This document shows, one piece after another, positions 1 to 7,221 of a DNA stretch of 13,732 nucleotides. Origin of the DNA: Vulcanimicrobiota bacterium (GTDB lineage Bacteria > Vulcanimicrobiota > Vulcanimicrobiia > Vulcanimicrobiales > Vulcanimicrobiaceae). The translations under genes and the position numbers were made by a program. The stretch's first letter is position 1. The number at the start of each line of letters is the position of its first letter. The notes under the pieces were generated by a model. It ran no database searches. It saw only the letters and a list, made by a program, of their open reading frames with translations, and was not told where the DNA came from. The stretch covers positions 1 through 13,732 of the forward strand of contig PKZK01000238.1 of the NCBI GenBank assembly GCA_003133025.1, written 5' to 3'.

Positions 1-158
1 CCGAGGTTGCCGGCCGAGGCCCACGCGATGACGCTCCCCTGATTGTCGGAAATGGTCACGATCGTGTTGTTGAAGGACGAGTGGATGTGGGCCACGCCCG
101 ATCCGACGTTCTTGAATTCGCGCTTCTTGCGCGTCTTCGTGTTCTTTTTGGCTGCCAA
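1..158 (-). CDS. rpsK: 30S ribosomal protein S11 (5' part, runs off the window edge)
   Basis: Not in the ORF track. Manual translation from TTG at 158 gives [53 protein letters not shown], a typical uS11 N-terminus ([15 protein letters not shown]). GGAG lies 5 nt upstream of the TTG. Confidence 0.97.
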   Translation of the reverse strand, partial: MAAKKNTKTRKKREFKNVGSGVAHIHSSFNNTIVTISDNQGSVIAWASAGNL

Positions 159-308
159 AGGTGCTCCGACGTTTATCTTTCCCCGCGCGGCGAGCCCGGG
201 GTGTCGTCGCCTCGACCCTCCCGCCCGAAGGCGGGTCGATCTCATTCGCGGACGATCGGCGAGAACGTCCGGGCGCGCGAAGGCGCGAAGGCTGCCGTCG
301 ACAGCCGA
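159..308 (-). promoter_or_regulatory. Structured 5' leader of the rpsK transcript (candidate r-protein autoregulatory leader)
   Basis: About 150 nt between the predicted TSS and the start codon. Successive hairpins: GGCTG..CAGCC, GGACG..CGTCC, CCCGCC-UUCG-GGCGGG extendable by UCGACC/GGUCGA, and CCCCG..CGGGG. Confidence 0.45.
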
Positions 309-314
309 CAAGCG

Positions 315-344
315 AGTATACCCGATGAGGCCGTACAGGGTCAA
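315..344 (-). promoter_or_regulatory. Sigma70-type promoter for rpsK
   Basis: Minus strand TTGACC (344-339), 18-nt spacer, TATACT (320-315). Confidence 0.75.
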
Positions 345-398
345 CCACTCGGGGGCCCGGAGCAAAGCACACACGGAAGCGGGCGCCGCAGGCCGGCT

Positions 399-427
399 CT
401 CATAGAGTTCTAAGGCCCGGCAGTCAA
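399..427 (-). promoter_or_regulatory. Possible second, upstream promoter for rpsK
   Basis: Minus strand TTGACT, 17-nt spacer, TATGAG. The -10 lacks the conserved final T. Confidence 0.3.
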
Positions 428-474
428 GCGAGCAAGGCTGGGGCCGCCGGACGTTCGAAAGCGCGGGGCGAGCC

Positions 475-1863
475 ATGCCCTCGACCGTCTCATCCCTCTT
501 CCGCCCGCTCGCGCTCGCTGCGTTTGCGGCAGCGCTGACCTTGGTTGCCTGCGGCGGAGGCGGCTCGGGCGGCGGCACGACGCCCATCCAGCGGCCGTCG
601 GCAACGCCGACGCCCGGCGCTTCACCGAGCCCGCAGCCGACGAACACGCCGAGCGGGATGATCAAGCACGTGGTGGTGATCATCCAGGAGAACCGGTCGT
701 TCGACAACATCTTCCACGGCTTCCCGAATGCGCGCACGGCCAATTCGGGATACTGGCACAGCCAACTCGTCACGCTGCAGCCGTTCGATTTGGCCAGCCC
801 GTATAACGTCGAACACACCCACGGCGCGTTCAAGACCGGCTACGACGGCGGGCTGATGGATGGTTTCGGCGACGTGCCCGGCGGAAAATTCGGCAGCGAA
901 ACGCACCAGCCGGCCGGCGTTGCGGCGTACGTCTACGCTCCGCAAGCACAGGTCCAACCCTATTGGGACATGGCTTCGACGTACGCGCTGTCCGACGAGA
1001 CGTTCGAATCCTATCAGGGCCCGAGCTTCGTGAGCCACCTGTTCATGGTCGCGGGCCAAGCCGATCAGATGGCCGAGAATCCGACGGGCACGCCGTGGGG
1101 CTGCGACGCGCCCGCCGGCACGACGGTCACGACGATCGACGCGAAGGGCGAGCACGAGACCGGTCTTTTTCCGTGCGTTACGATGCCCACGATCGCCGAC
1201 GAACTCGACGCCGCGGGCTTCGGGTGGCGTTACTACGCGCCGCGGATCGCGCCCGCCGGGAAGGGCGACTTCGGACAGAACTGGTCGGCGTTCGACGCGG
1301 TGCGCAACGTGCGTTACAGCGCCGACTGGGTCAACGTCGTGAGCCCCGAGACGCGGGTGCTCTCGGATATCGATGCGGGTCTGCTCGCGCCGGTCACCTG
1401 GGTCGTGCCGAGCTTGAACAACTCCGACCATCCGGGCGAAGGCATCGACAACGGGCCGCAGTGGGTCTCGTCGATCGTCGACGAGATCGAGGCCAGCCCA
1501 TATTGGAGCAGCACGGCCGTGCTCGTCGTGTGGGACGATTGGGGCGGCTGGTACGATTCCGCAACGCCGCACATCTACGACTACCAGAGCTTGGGCTTCC
1601 GGGTGCCGTTGATCGCCATCTCACCGTATGCGAAAAAGAACTACGTTTCGCACGTCCAGTACGAAACGGCGAGCATCCTCCGCTTCATCGAAACGCAACT
1701 CGGCCTGCCGACGCTGGGCGGCGCAGACGCACGCGCGGGGGGTCTCGAGGATCTCTTCGACTTCTCGCAGTCGCCGCGAAAACCGCAGCCGGTCCGCTTG
1801 CCGCGCGGGGCGAAACAGCGCGTGATTCAAGCGGCGCGACCCGGCCCGCCGGACGAGGATTAG
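475..1863 (+). CDS. Lipoprotein phospholipase C / acid phosphatase (phosphoesterase family, PlcH/AcpA-like, alkaline phosphatase superfamily)
   Basis: Lipobox LVAC, Gly/Pro/Thr linker, then [19 protein letters not shown] (nucleophile region), [13 protein letters not shown] and [14 protein letters not shown] motifs. Confidence 0.9.
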   Translation: MPSTVSSLFRPLALAAFAAALTLVACGGGGSGGGTTPIQRPSATPTPGASPSPQPTNTPSGMIKHVVVIIQENRSFDNIFHGFPNARTANSGYWHSQLVTLQPFDLASPYNVEHTHGAFKTGYDGGLMDGFGDVPGGKFGSETHQPAGVAAYVYAPQAQVQPYWDMASTYALSDETFESYQGPSFVSHLFMVAGQADQMAENPTGTPWGCDAPAGTTVTTIDAKGEHETGLFPCVTMPTIADELDAAGFGWRYYAPRIAPAGKGDFGQNWSAFDAVRNVRYSADWVNVVSPETRVLSDIDAGLLAPVTWVVPSLNNSDHPGEGIDNGPQWVSSIVDEIEASPYWSSTAVLVVWDDWGGWYDSATPHIYDYQSLGFRVPLIAISPYAKKNYVSHVQYETASILRFIETQLGLPTLGGADARAGGLEDLFDFSQSPRKPQPVRLPRGAKQRVIQAARPGPPDED

Positions 1864-2606
1864 CGCGCCGCCGGCGGCGCCGGAAAGATCGCGCGTTCGA
1901 ACGCATCGCAGGCGCCTGCGATCGTGGCGGCGTCGATGCGCGCGGCATCGAGCACGGCCGCCCGGAAGACGCCGTCGAAGAGCGTCAACAGTGCGTTGGC
2001 GAGGCGCTCCGGATGGTCGATCTGCGCGAGGCCCGCGGCGTTGAGCGCCTGCAAATACCCGGCAAACGCGCCCGCGGTCTCCGCGCGTCGCGCCCGTCGG
2101 GACGCGCTCAGCTCGGCGTCGGTGGCCACCGTCGCATACCAGGCTCGCAAGAAGCCGGGGCGCCCGAGCGGACTGCCCAGTGCCCGTTCGACCCAGCGAC
2201 GAACGCGCAGGCGCTCTTCCGCGACGTCGCCGAACGGCGGCTCGAAGGATGGCCGGCCGCGCTCGACCTCGGCCTTCGCGCGCTCGAAGACGGCGATCAG
2301 CGCGTCGCGCTTGTTGCGGAAATGCCGGTAGAACGTGCCGTGCGCGACGCCCGCTTCGACCGCGATGTCGTCGGCGCCGATGGCCGCGAAGTCGGAGCGC
2401 TCCAGAAGCCGTTCCAAGGCCTCGAGCAGCCGTTCGCGCGTCGCGGCCGAAGCTTCCCGCCCGCGCCGCCGGGGCACGGTGCCGTCATCGACGCGGCCGA
2501 GATACGTCCAGCGCCCGCGGACCTTGCCCGTTTCGGGGTCGCGGTAGCTCTCGACGCTGTAGCGGTATGCGCGCGCGCCGACCCGCTTGATGACCTCATG
2601 CGGCAT
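1860..2606 (-). CDS. TetR/AcrR family transcriptional regulator with an extra N-terminal ~40-aa domain
   Basis: TetR HTH (TRERLLEA...DDIAVEAGVAHGTFYRHFRNKRD) starts at about residue 56. GGGGAG SD precedes the ATG at 2606. Divergent from an MFS pump. Confidence 0.92.
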   Translation of the reverse strand: MPHEVIKRVGARAYRYSVESYRDPETGKVRGRWTYLGRVDDGTVPRRRGREASAATRERLLEALERLLERSDFAAIGADDIAVEAGVAHGTFYRHFRNKRDALIAVFERAKAEVERGRPSFEPPFGDVAEERLRVRRWVERALGSPLGRPGFLRAWYATVATDAELSASRRARRAETAGAFAGYLQALNAAGLAQIDHPERLANALLTLFDGVFRAAVLDAARIDAATIAGACDAFERAIFPAPPAAR

Positions 2607-2627
2607 ATGGCGTTCTCCCCCGGGCTT

Positions 2628-2636
2628 TGGTATACT
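2628..2636 (+). promoter_or_regulatory. Extended -10 promoter for the MFS gene
   Basis: TGG-TATACT matches the TGnTATAAT pattern. Confidence 0.55.
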
Positions 2637-2650
2637 GACTTCGATGTCAG
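2635..2650. promoter_or_regulatory. Probable TetR operator palindrome
   Basis: CTGACTTCGATGTCAG (reverse complement CTGACATCGAAGTCAG, 14/16 symmetric). It overlaps the -10 and predicted TSS between the divergent tetR and MFS genes. Confidence 0.7.
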
Positions 2651-2693
2651 CGGCTGATACCCTCTACATGCGAGCGACGGAACGGAGTTCGTC

Positions 2694-4274
2694 ATCGCGT
2701 CCCTAGCACTACCCTGGCGCCGCAGCGCACCGGCCGTCGTCGCCGCGCCGGCAAAACTCAAACCCGAGCCACCGGTCGTGCTGGTCACGGCGACGGTCAT
2801 GCTCGGCATGATCATGGCGATCATCGACACGTCCATCGTCAACGTGGCGCTGCCCAACATGGCCGGCAACCTCGGGGCGGCGACCGACGAGATCTCCTGG
2901 GTCGCCACCGGCTACATCCTGGCCAACGTGATCATCATGCCGCTCAACGGCTGGTTGACCGCGTTGCTCGGACGCAAGAAATTCTACGCGGGATCGCTTG
3001 CGATCTTCACGATCGCCTCGCTGCTCTGCGGCACCGCGCACACGGTGATCGAGTTGATCGTCTGGCGCGTGATCCAAGGGCTCGGCGGCGGCGCACTGCA
3101 GCCGACGGCGCAAGCAATCCTCTTCGAATCCTACCCGCCCGAAAAACGCGGACAGGCGATGGCCATCTTCGGACTCGGCGCGATGGTGGGGCCCGCGATC
3201 GGACCCACGCTCGGCGGCTGGATCGTCGACAATTTTTCGTGGCCGCTGATCTTCTTCATCAACGTGCCCATCGGCATCGTGGCCTTCTTGATGACGATGG
3301 CCTTCTTGCGCGACCCCGATTACATCCGCAAGCCCGAGCGCGGCATCGATTTCATCGGCTTGAGCGCGATGACGATCGGCGTCGTGGGCTTGCAGTACGT
3401 GCTCGAGCGCGGGCAACACGACGACTGGTTCGACTCGCCCTCGATCCTGACGCTGACGATCGTCGGTCTGACGGCGCTGATCTTCTTCATCGTTCGCGAG
3501 GTACGCGATCCGCATCCGTTCGTCGACCTGCGCGTCTTCAAGTCGCGCGCGTTCGCCGCGGGTAATTTGATCGGCGTCGTCAGCGGCTTCGGTCTCTACG
3601 GCCTCAACCTGATCCTGCCGCTTTTCTTCCAAAACGTGCTGGGCTTCAACGCCTGGCAGACCGGCGTCGCGCTCTTACCGGGCGCTATCGCGACGGCGAT
3701 CAGCATGCCCATCGCCGGCCGCGTCACGGCGCTCGTCGACGCGCGCATCTCGATCGCTTTTGGATTGGGCCTGTTCGCGGTCGGTTCGTGGTTGATGGGC
3801 GGCCTGGATCAGACGGCCGGCTTCTGGGACATCTTCTGGCCACGCGTGTACCAAGGCTTCGCGCTGGGCTTCCTCTTCGTGCCGCTGACGACCGCAACGC
3901 TGGGCGGCATACCCAACAGCAAGATGGCCAACGCCACCGGCCTCTACACGCTCTTACGCCAACTCGGCGGAAGTCTCGGCATCGCGATCCTCGAGGTGTT
4001 GATCGAGCGCCGCCAGGATTCCGTGCAGCAATCGCTCGCCGCCGGCGTGACGATGTCGAATCCCGCCGTGCAAAACTTCATGCAGAGCGCCACCGACAAG
4101 TCGCATGCGCTGCTGCAACTCGCGCAACAGGTGGAGATCAACGCTGCAACGCTTGCTTACGACTACGCCTTCCGCTTCTGCGGAATCCTCTTCGCGCTCT
4201 CGATCCTCACCGTGTTTCTGCTCAACAAAGGGAAAGCTGCAGGCGGCCCGGCCGCTGCGGCTGTAGTCGACTAA
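2694..4274 (+). CDS. DHA2 (EmrB/QacA) family MFS multidrug efflux permease
   Basis: D1 motif MAIIDTSIVNVALP, WVATGY, LGRKK, RVIQGLGGG, motif C GPAIGPTLGG, RQLGGSLG; many TM segments. The start is uncertain: the first canonical codon is GTG at 2778, already at TM1, while an SD-led in-frame ATC sits at 2694. Confidence 0.92.
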   Translation: MASLALPWRRSAPAVVAAPAKLKPEPPVVLVTATVMLGMIMAIIDTSIVNVALPNMAGNLGAATDEISWVATGYILANVIIMPLNGWLTALLGRKKFYAGSLAIFTIASLLCGTAHTVIELIVWRVIQGLGGGALQPTAQAILFESYPPEKRGQAMAIFGLGAMVGPAIGPTLGGWIVDNFSWPLIFFINVPIGIVAFLMTMAFLRDPDYIRKPERGIDFIGLSAMTIGVVGLQYVLERGQHDDWFDSPSILTLTIVGLTALIFFIVREVRDPHPFVDLRVFKSRAFAAGNLIGVVSGFGLYGLNLILPLFFQNVLGFNAWQTGVALLPGAIATAISMPIAGRVTALVDARISIAFGLGLFAVGSWLMGGLDQTAGFWDIFWPRVYQGFALGFLFVPLTTATLGGIPNSKMANATGLYTLLRQLGGSLGIAILEVLIERRQDSVQQSLAAGVTMSNPAVQNFMQSATDKSHALLQLAQQVEINAATLAYDYAFRFCGILFALSILTVFLLNKGKAAGGPAAAAVVD

Positions 4275-4306
4275 GGAGCACCAGCCCGCCGGTCGAACCT
4301 CCAAGT

Positions 4307-5881
4307 ATCGGCATTGCAAACGGAGTTGCTCGTCGGCGCGGAACGCCGCCTTTCGCCCTGATCGTCGGGCTGTGGCTGGCCCTCGGATTTTTTGGGTCGA
4401 CGCCTCTGCGCGCATCGCAGTCTGGGATGGTCGTCAGTCTCGGAACACCCGAACGAGCGGGAGCCTGGACTCTCTATCCTCTGCGCGTGGAAGCGAGCGG
4501 TTCGCCGCTCATCGCCGTGCTTGGCGACGGCGTTCGGCAGTCGCAGTTGATCGTCGACGGCCAAGTCGTTCAGAGCACCGATCGCGGCGGACCGGGATTC
4601 CTGCCGTTCGGTCACGGCGTGCAGTCCCTCCGACTCGCAGGCCTACGAGCGGGAAACCGCGTCACGATTGCGCTCCAGGGCAGCGCGGCGCCGCCGCGCA
4701 TCGTCGGCAACCTCGACGTCGTCGGCGTCGCGTTCGACTCCGGCATGGGCGCCGGAATCTACTTCGGCATCCTGTTGGTCATCTTGCTCTTTCAAATCGT
4801 CGCGTTCGCAGCCTTGAAGGATCCGACGTTTCTGTGGTACGCGTTTTGGATCGCTTCCGTCTTGACGTTCGAGTTAGCATTCGACGGTTTGCTACCGCTC
4901 GTGCCCGGCTCCGCCGGCTACTCGCTCGCAACGATCAACCTGCTCTCACAACTGGCCTACGTCGGCTTCGTCACCTCGTACCTCAACCTGCGCCGCTCGG
5001 CGCCACGCCTTTTCGTAATTTTTATCGGCGCGAGCATGTTTACGGCCGCCGTCCCCGCGCTCGCCGGAATAGTTTTGCGTCACCCGGCGCCGCAAAGTTA
5101 CATCACGGTGCTCTTTGCCTGTTCGATGGGCCTAGCCATCGTGATTGCGATGCTGCGCCGGCAGGCGGGGTTCACGCCCGCTGCGTTCCTCGTGTTCGGA
5201 CTGCTCGGCAGCTTCACGATGATGGCCCTCTCGGCACTGCGCGACTTCGTGGGGCCGAGTTCGTCGCTACTGAACTCGGCATTTCTGGATCGCTGGTCGG
5301 TACAGCTGGGCTTCGTCTTCGATTTCTTGGTCTTTTCCATCGGCGTCGCGTACCGCGCGCGATTTGCGTACGGCGAGAGCGTAAAGATCCAGGCCGAACT
5401 CGATGAAGCCACGAGTGCGGCCGGCCACGACCCATTGACGGGTCTGCTCAACAGGCGCGGCTTGGAGCGGTGGATCGCCGCCTCTACGCCGTGCGCCGGA
5501 ACCGTTTTATTCTTCGATCTCGACGATTTCAAGATGGTCAACGACCGCGGCGGTCACGCAGCGGGCGATGAGGTGCTCAACCTCGTCGGGCATATCATCC
5601 GCCAATCGGTTCGCGAACACGACGCGGTGTCGCGCTTCGGCGGCGACGAATTCGTCGTGGTCCTGGACGGCGCTACGGAGCCCGCCCTGATCGAGCACAT
5701 CGTAGCGCGGATCACCGCTGCGGTAGCGAGGCTTCTTCCGCTGGGGCCTCAGAGCGACGCCCGCATCGGCATATCGTTCGGAACTGCGCCCTTGGCCCCG
5801 GGCACGAGCTTTGCCGACGCGCTGGGCCGTGCCGACGTCGAGGCCTATCGAATGAAAACCGAGCATCACGCGCGGCGGTAG
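4307..5881 (+). CDS. Membrane-bound diguanylate cyclase (extracellular domain + 7TM-DISM-like membrane domain + GGDEF); start uncertain
   Basis: HDPLTGLLNRR, FDLDDFKMVNDRGGHAAGDEVL, REHD I-site 5 residues before an intact GGDEF, and about 7 hydrophobic segments beginning GIYFGILLVILLFQ...KDPTFLWY. The track start at 3788 overlaps the MFS gene. The first in-frame ATG after the MFS stop is 4427, downstream of a signal-peptide-like segment, so 4307 (ATC) is only an approximate start. Confidence 0.85.
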   Translation: MGIANGVARRRGTPPFALIVGLWLALGFFGSTPLRASQSGMVVSLGTPERAGAWTLYPLRVEASGSPLIAVLGDGVRQSQLIVDGQVVQSTDRGGPGFLPFGHGVQSLRLAGLRAGNRVTIALQGSAAPPRIVGNLDVVGVAFDSGMGAGIYFGILLVILLFQIVAFAALKDPTFLWYAFWIASVLTFELAFDGLLPLVPGSAGYSLATINLLSQLAYVGFVTSYLNLRRSAPRLFVIFIGASMFTAAVPALAGIVLRHPAPQSYITVLFACSMGLAIVIAMLRRQAGFTPAAFLVFGLLGSFTMMALSALRDFVGPSSSLLNSAFLDRWSVQLGFVFDFLVFSIGVAYRARFAYGESVKIQAELDEATSAAGHDPLTGLLNRRGLERWIAASTPCAGTVLFFDLDDFKMVNDRGGHAAGDEVLNLVGHIIRQSVREHDAVSRFGGDEFVVVLDGATEPALIEHIVARITAAVARLLPLGPQSDARIGISFGTAPLAPGTSFADALGRADVEAYRMKTEHHARR

Positions 5882-5895
5882 GCCCGCCGCGAAGT

Positions 5896-6240
5896 CTAGT
5901 TTTTCGTGGGCGGCGTAAAGAGAAAGCGCGCGATCCCGACGACGCCGCTCACGGTCGTTGCGGCTTCAGTAAGCCGGCGGCGCGATTGGTCGAGCACCTC
6001 GAGCGCGCGTTGAGCGCGCACGAGCAACGAAGGCAGCGCCTCGATGCGAGACTGCGTCGCGGCGAGTTGGTCCAGCGTGCGCGTGAAGAGCGCCTCGATG
6101 GGTCGCTCCTTCAACGTTTCGATGCGTCGCTGCAGGACGAGTGCCGGGCCGCCCAAGCGGACGAAACCGGCGATGATGAGCCCCAGCGAGAACAGAACGC
6201 CCGCACCGAAGAGCGCGGGCCCCGTCCAGCCGGGCAACAT
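5896..6240 (-). CDS. Small hypothetical protein with an N-terminal TM helix and a helical/coiled-coil C-terminus
   Basis: The ATG at 6240 overlaps the stop of the upstream gene (TGATG). Hydrophobic ALFGAGVLFSLGLIIAGFV is followed by an amphipathic L/A/E/R-rich segment. Confidence 0.75.
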   Translation of the reverse strand: MLPGWTGPALFGAGVLFSLGLIIAGFVRLGGPALVLQRRIETLKERPIEALFTRTLDQLAATQSRIEALPSLLVRAQRALEVLDQSRRRLTEAATTVSGVVGIARFLFTPPTKN

Positions 6241-6509
6241 CAAGCTGCCGCGTCGCCTTTGCCGGAGGGCTTGTCGGCGGGCTTCGACTCAGTCTTCGAT
6301 TCGGAACTGCCCGACGAGCCCTCGCTCGATTTGGGCCTCGAATCGGTGACGTAGAAGCCCGAGCCCTTGAAGACGATGCCGGCAGGATTGAACACGCGCG
6401 TCAGCGTCCCGCCGCACTTGCCGCACGGGTCGCTAACGGTCTCCTTGAAACCATGCTGAATGTCGACCGTTTGGCCGCACGCGCTGCAACGATATTCGTA
6501 GAGCGGCAA
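6240..6509 (-). CDS. FmdB-family zinc-ribbon protein (Rv0991c/Ruc-like redox-regulated chaperone candidate)
   Basis: MPLYEYRCSACG...CGKCGG...GIVFKGSGFYVTDSR followed by a disordered S/K/E tail. TTG start with an AGGAG SD. CIRCE upstream. Confidence 0.92.
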   Translation of the reverse strand: MPLYEYRCSACGQTVDIQHGFKETVSDPCGKCGGTLTRVFNPAGIVFKGSGFYVTDSRPKSSEGSSGSSESKTESKPADKPSGKGDAAA

Positions 6510-6561
6510 ACTCTTCTCCTAAGCAAAGCCCGGCCGCACCGGGCGAATGGGGTACGACGGA

Positions 6562-6591
6562 AGTATATCCAAAATTAGCAGTGTCCGTCAA
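6562..6591 (-). promoter_or_regulatory. Sigma70-type promoter for the FmdB/Ruc-like gene
   Basis: Minus strand TTGACG (6591-6586), 18-nt spacer, TATACT (6567-6562). Confidence 0.75.
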
Positions 6592-6601
6592 CGACTGCTA
6601 G
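6575..6601. promoter_or_regulatory. CIRCE element (HrcA operator)
   Basis: TTAGCAGTG-N9-GACTGCTAG versus consensus TTAGCACTC-N9-GAGTGCTAA. Correct 9-nt spacer, with the -35 hexamer inside it. Confidence 0.8.
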
Positions 6602-6618
6602 CTGAGACTTGGCTCGAT

Positions 6619-7092
6619 TCAGAAATCGAGGATCGCCTCGCCACCGTCGGTCTTGAACTCGACCAGCCCCTTGAAATGAACGAGAGAGTCGCCGAGCGCA
6701 GCGTCGAGCCGTCTGCGGGCGGTGATGCGATCGAGCAGGGCGCCGATCACCCCGCCGTAGGCCGGGTAGTCGATCCGCGCCACGATCTTCGAGCGCGTGC
6801 TCTTCGACTCGATCCGGAAATCGATGCGCCGGCGAACCGAGAAGGCGCCGACGAGCGACACGACGTGCCCTTCGAGAAACCGGTCGACCTCGTACACTTC
6901 TTCTTCGTCGCCGGGAATGGCACTGCGGATCGCGACCTCGCTGCCCAGTCCGAATTTACCGGAATCCAAGCGGCGTGCGCTGCGCAAGAAGGACAGCCAG
7001 ACCGGCCACTTCTCGACCTCGCAGAGGGTGCTGAAGGCGTCGACGGGGCTCGCCGCAACATCGAGGCTGCGGTGGAGCGCGGCCGTTGACAT
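6619..7092 (-). CDS. SRPBCC / polyketide cyclase-dehydrase (START-like) family protein
   Basis: Typical N-terminus (RSLDVAASPVDAFSTLCEVEKWPVW) and C-terminal helix (DSLVHFKGLVE). Start is ATG 7092 or 7122. Confidence 0.8.
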   Translation of the reverse strand: MSTAALHRSLDVAASPVDAFSTLCEVEKWPVWLSFLRSARRLDSGKFGLGSEVAIRSAIPGDEEEVYEVDRFLEGHVVSLVGAFSVRRRIDFRIESKSTRSKIVARIDYPAYGGVIGALLDRITARRRLDAALGDSLVHFKGLVEFKTDGGEAILDF

Positions 7093-7143
7093 CCGGTCGA
7101 CGGAGCCGTGCGTAGCGAGCATGGCATCCGGTTCGTCGCTCTT

Positions 7144-7211
7144 AATGAAAACCCTTCGGGCCGGTACCACCGCTTGGGGTGGCGGCGCCTGCCGCCACAA
7201 GCCCTAGTGGT
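7144..7211 (-). terminator. Stem-loop(s) after the sigma gene; possible weak intrinsic terminator
   Basis: GTGGCGGC-AGGC-GCCGCCAC hairpin (7179-7198) with flanking GCTTG/CAAGC and ACCACT/GGTGGT pairing, followed by GGCCC-GAA-GGGTT-TTCATT. Confidence 0.4.
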
Positions 7212-7221
7212 GTGCCCGGCG

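Noticed and set aside
43..413. Plus-strand ORFs 43-405 and 81-413
   Set aside because: They lie antisense to rpsK and its promoter/leader and show no recognisable protein features.
263..456. 10-bp inverted repeat GAACGTCCGG (263-272) / CCGGACGTTC (447-456) as possible MITE or invertible-promoter ends
   Set aside because: Short and GC-rich, with no target-site duplication and no recombinase nearby, so it is compatible with chance.
2480..2606. Intact or remnant IS element at the tetR 5' end
   Set aside because: No DDE domain, terminal repeats or target duplication. Only the short motif is present, fused in frame.
963..2657. 564-aa plus-strand ORF and the many other long overlapping ORFs (e.g. 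622-1572, 2709-3632, 4372-5406, 10575-11951, 12252-13694)
   Set aside because: Arg/Ala/Gly-rich alternative-frame or antisense shadows of well-supported genes, expected at high GC, with no recognisable motifs.
3788..4274. N-terminal extension of the GGDEF ORF as given in the track
   Set aside because: It overlaps the MFS CDS by about 490 nt in another frame and has shadow-ORF composition.
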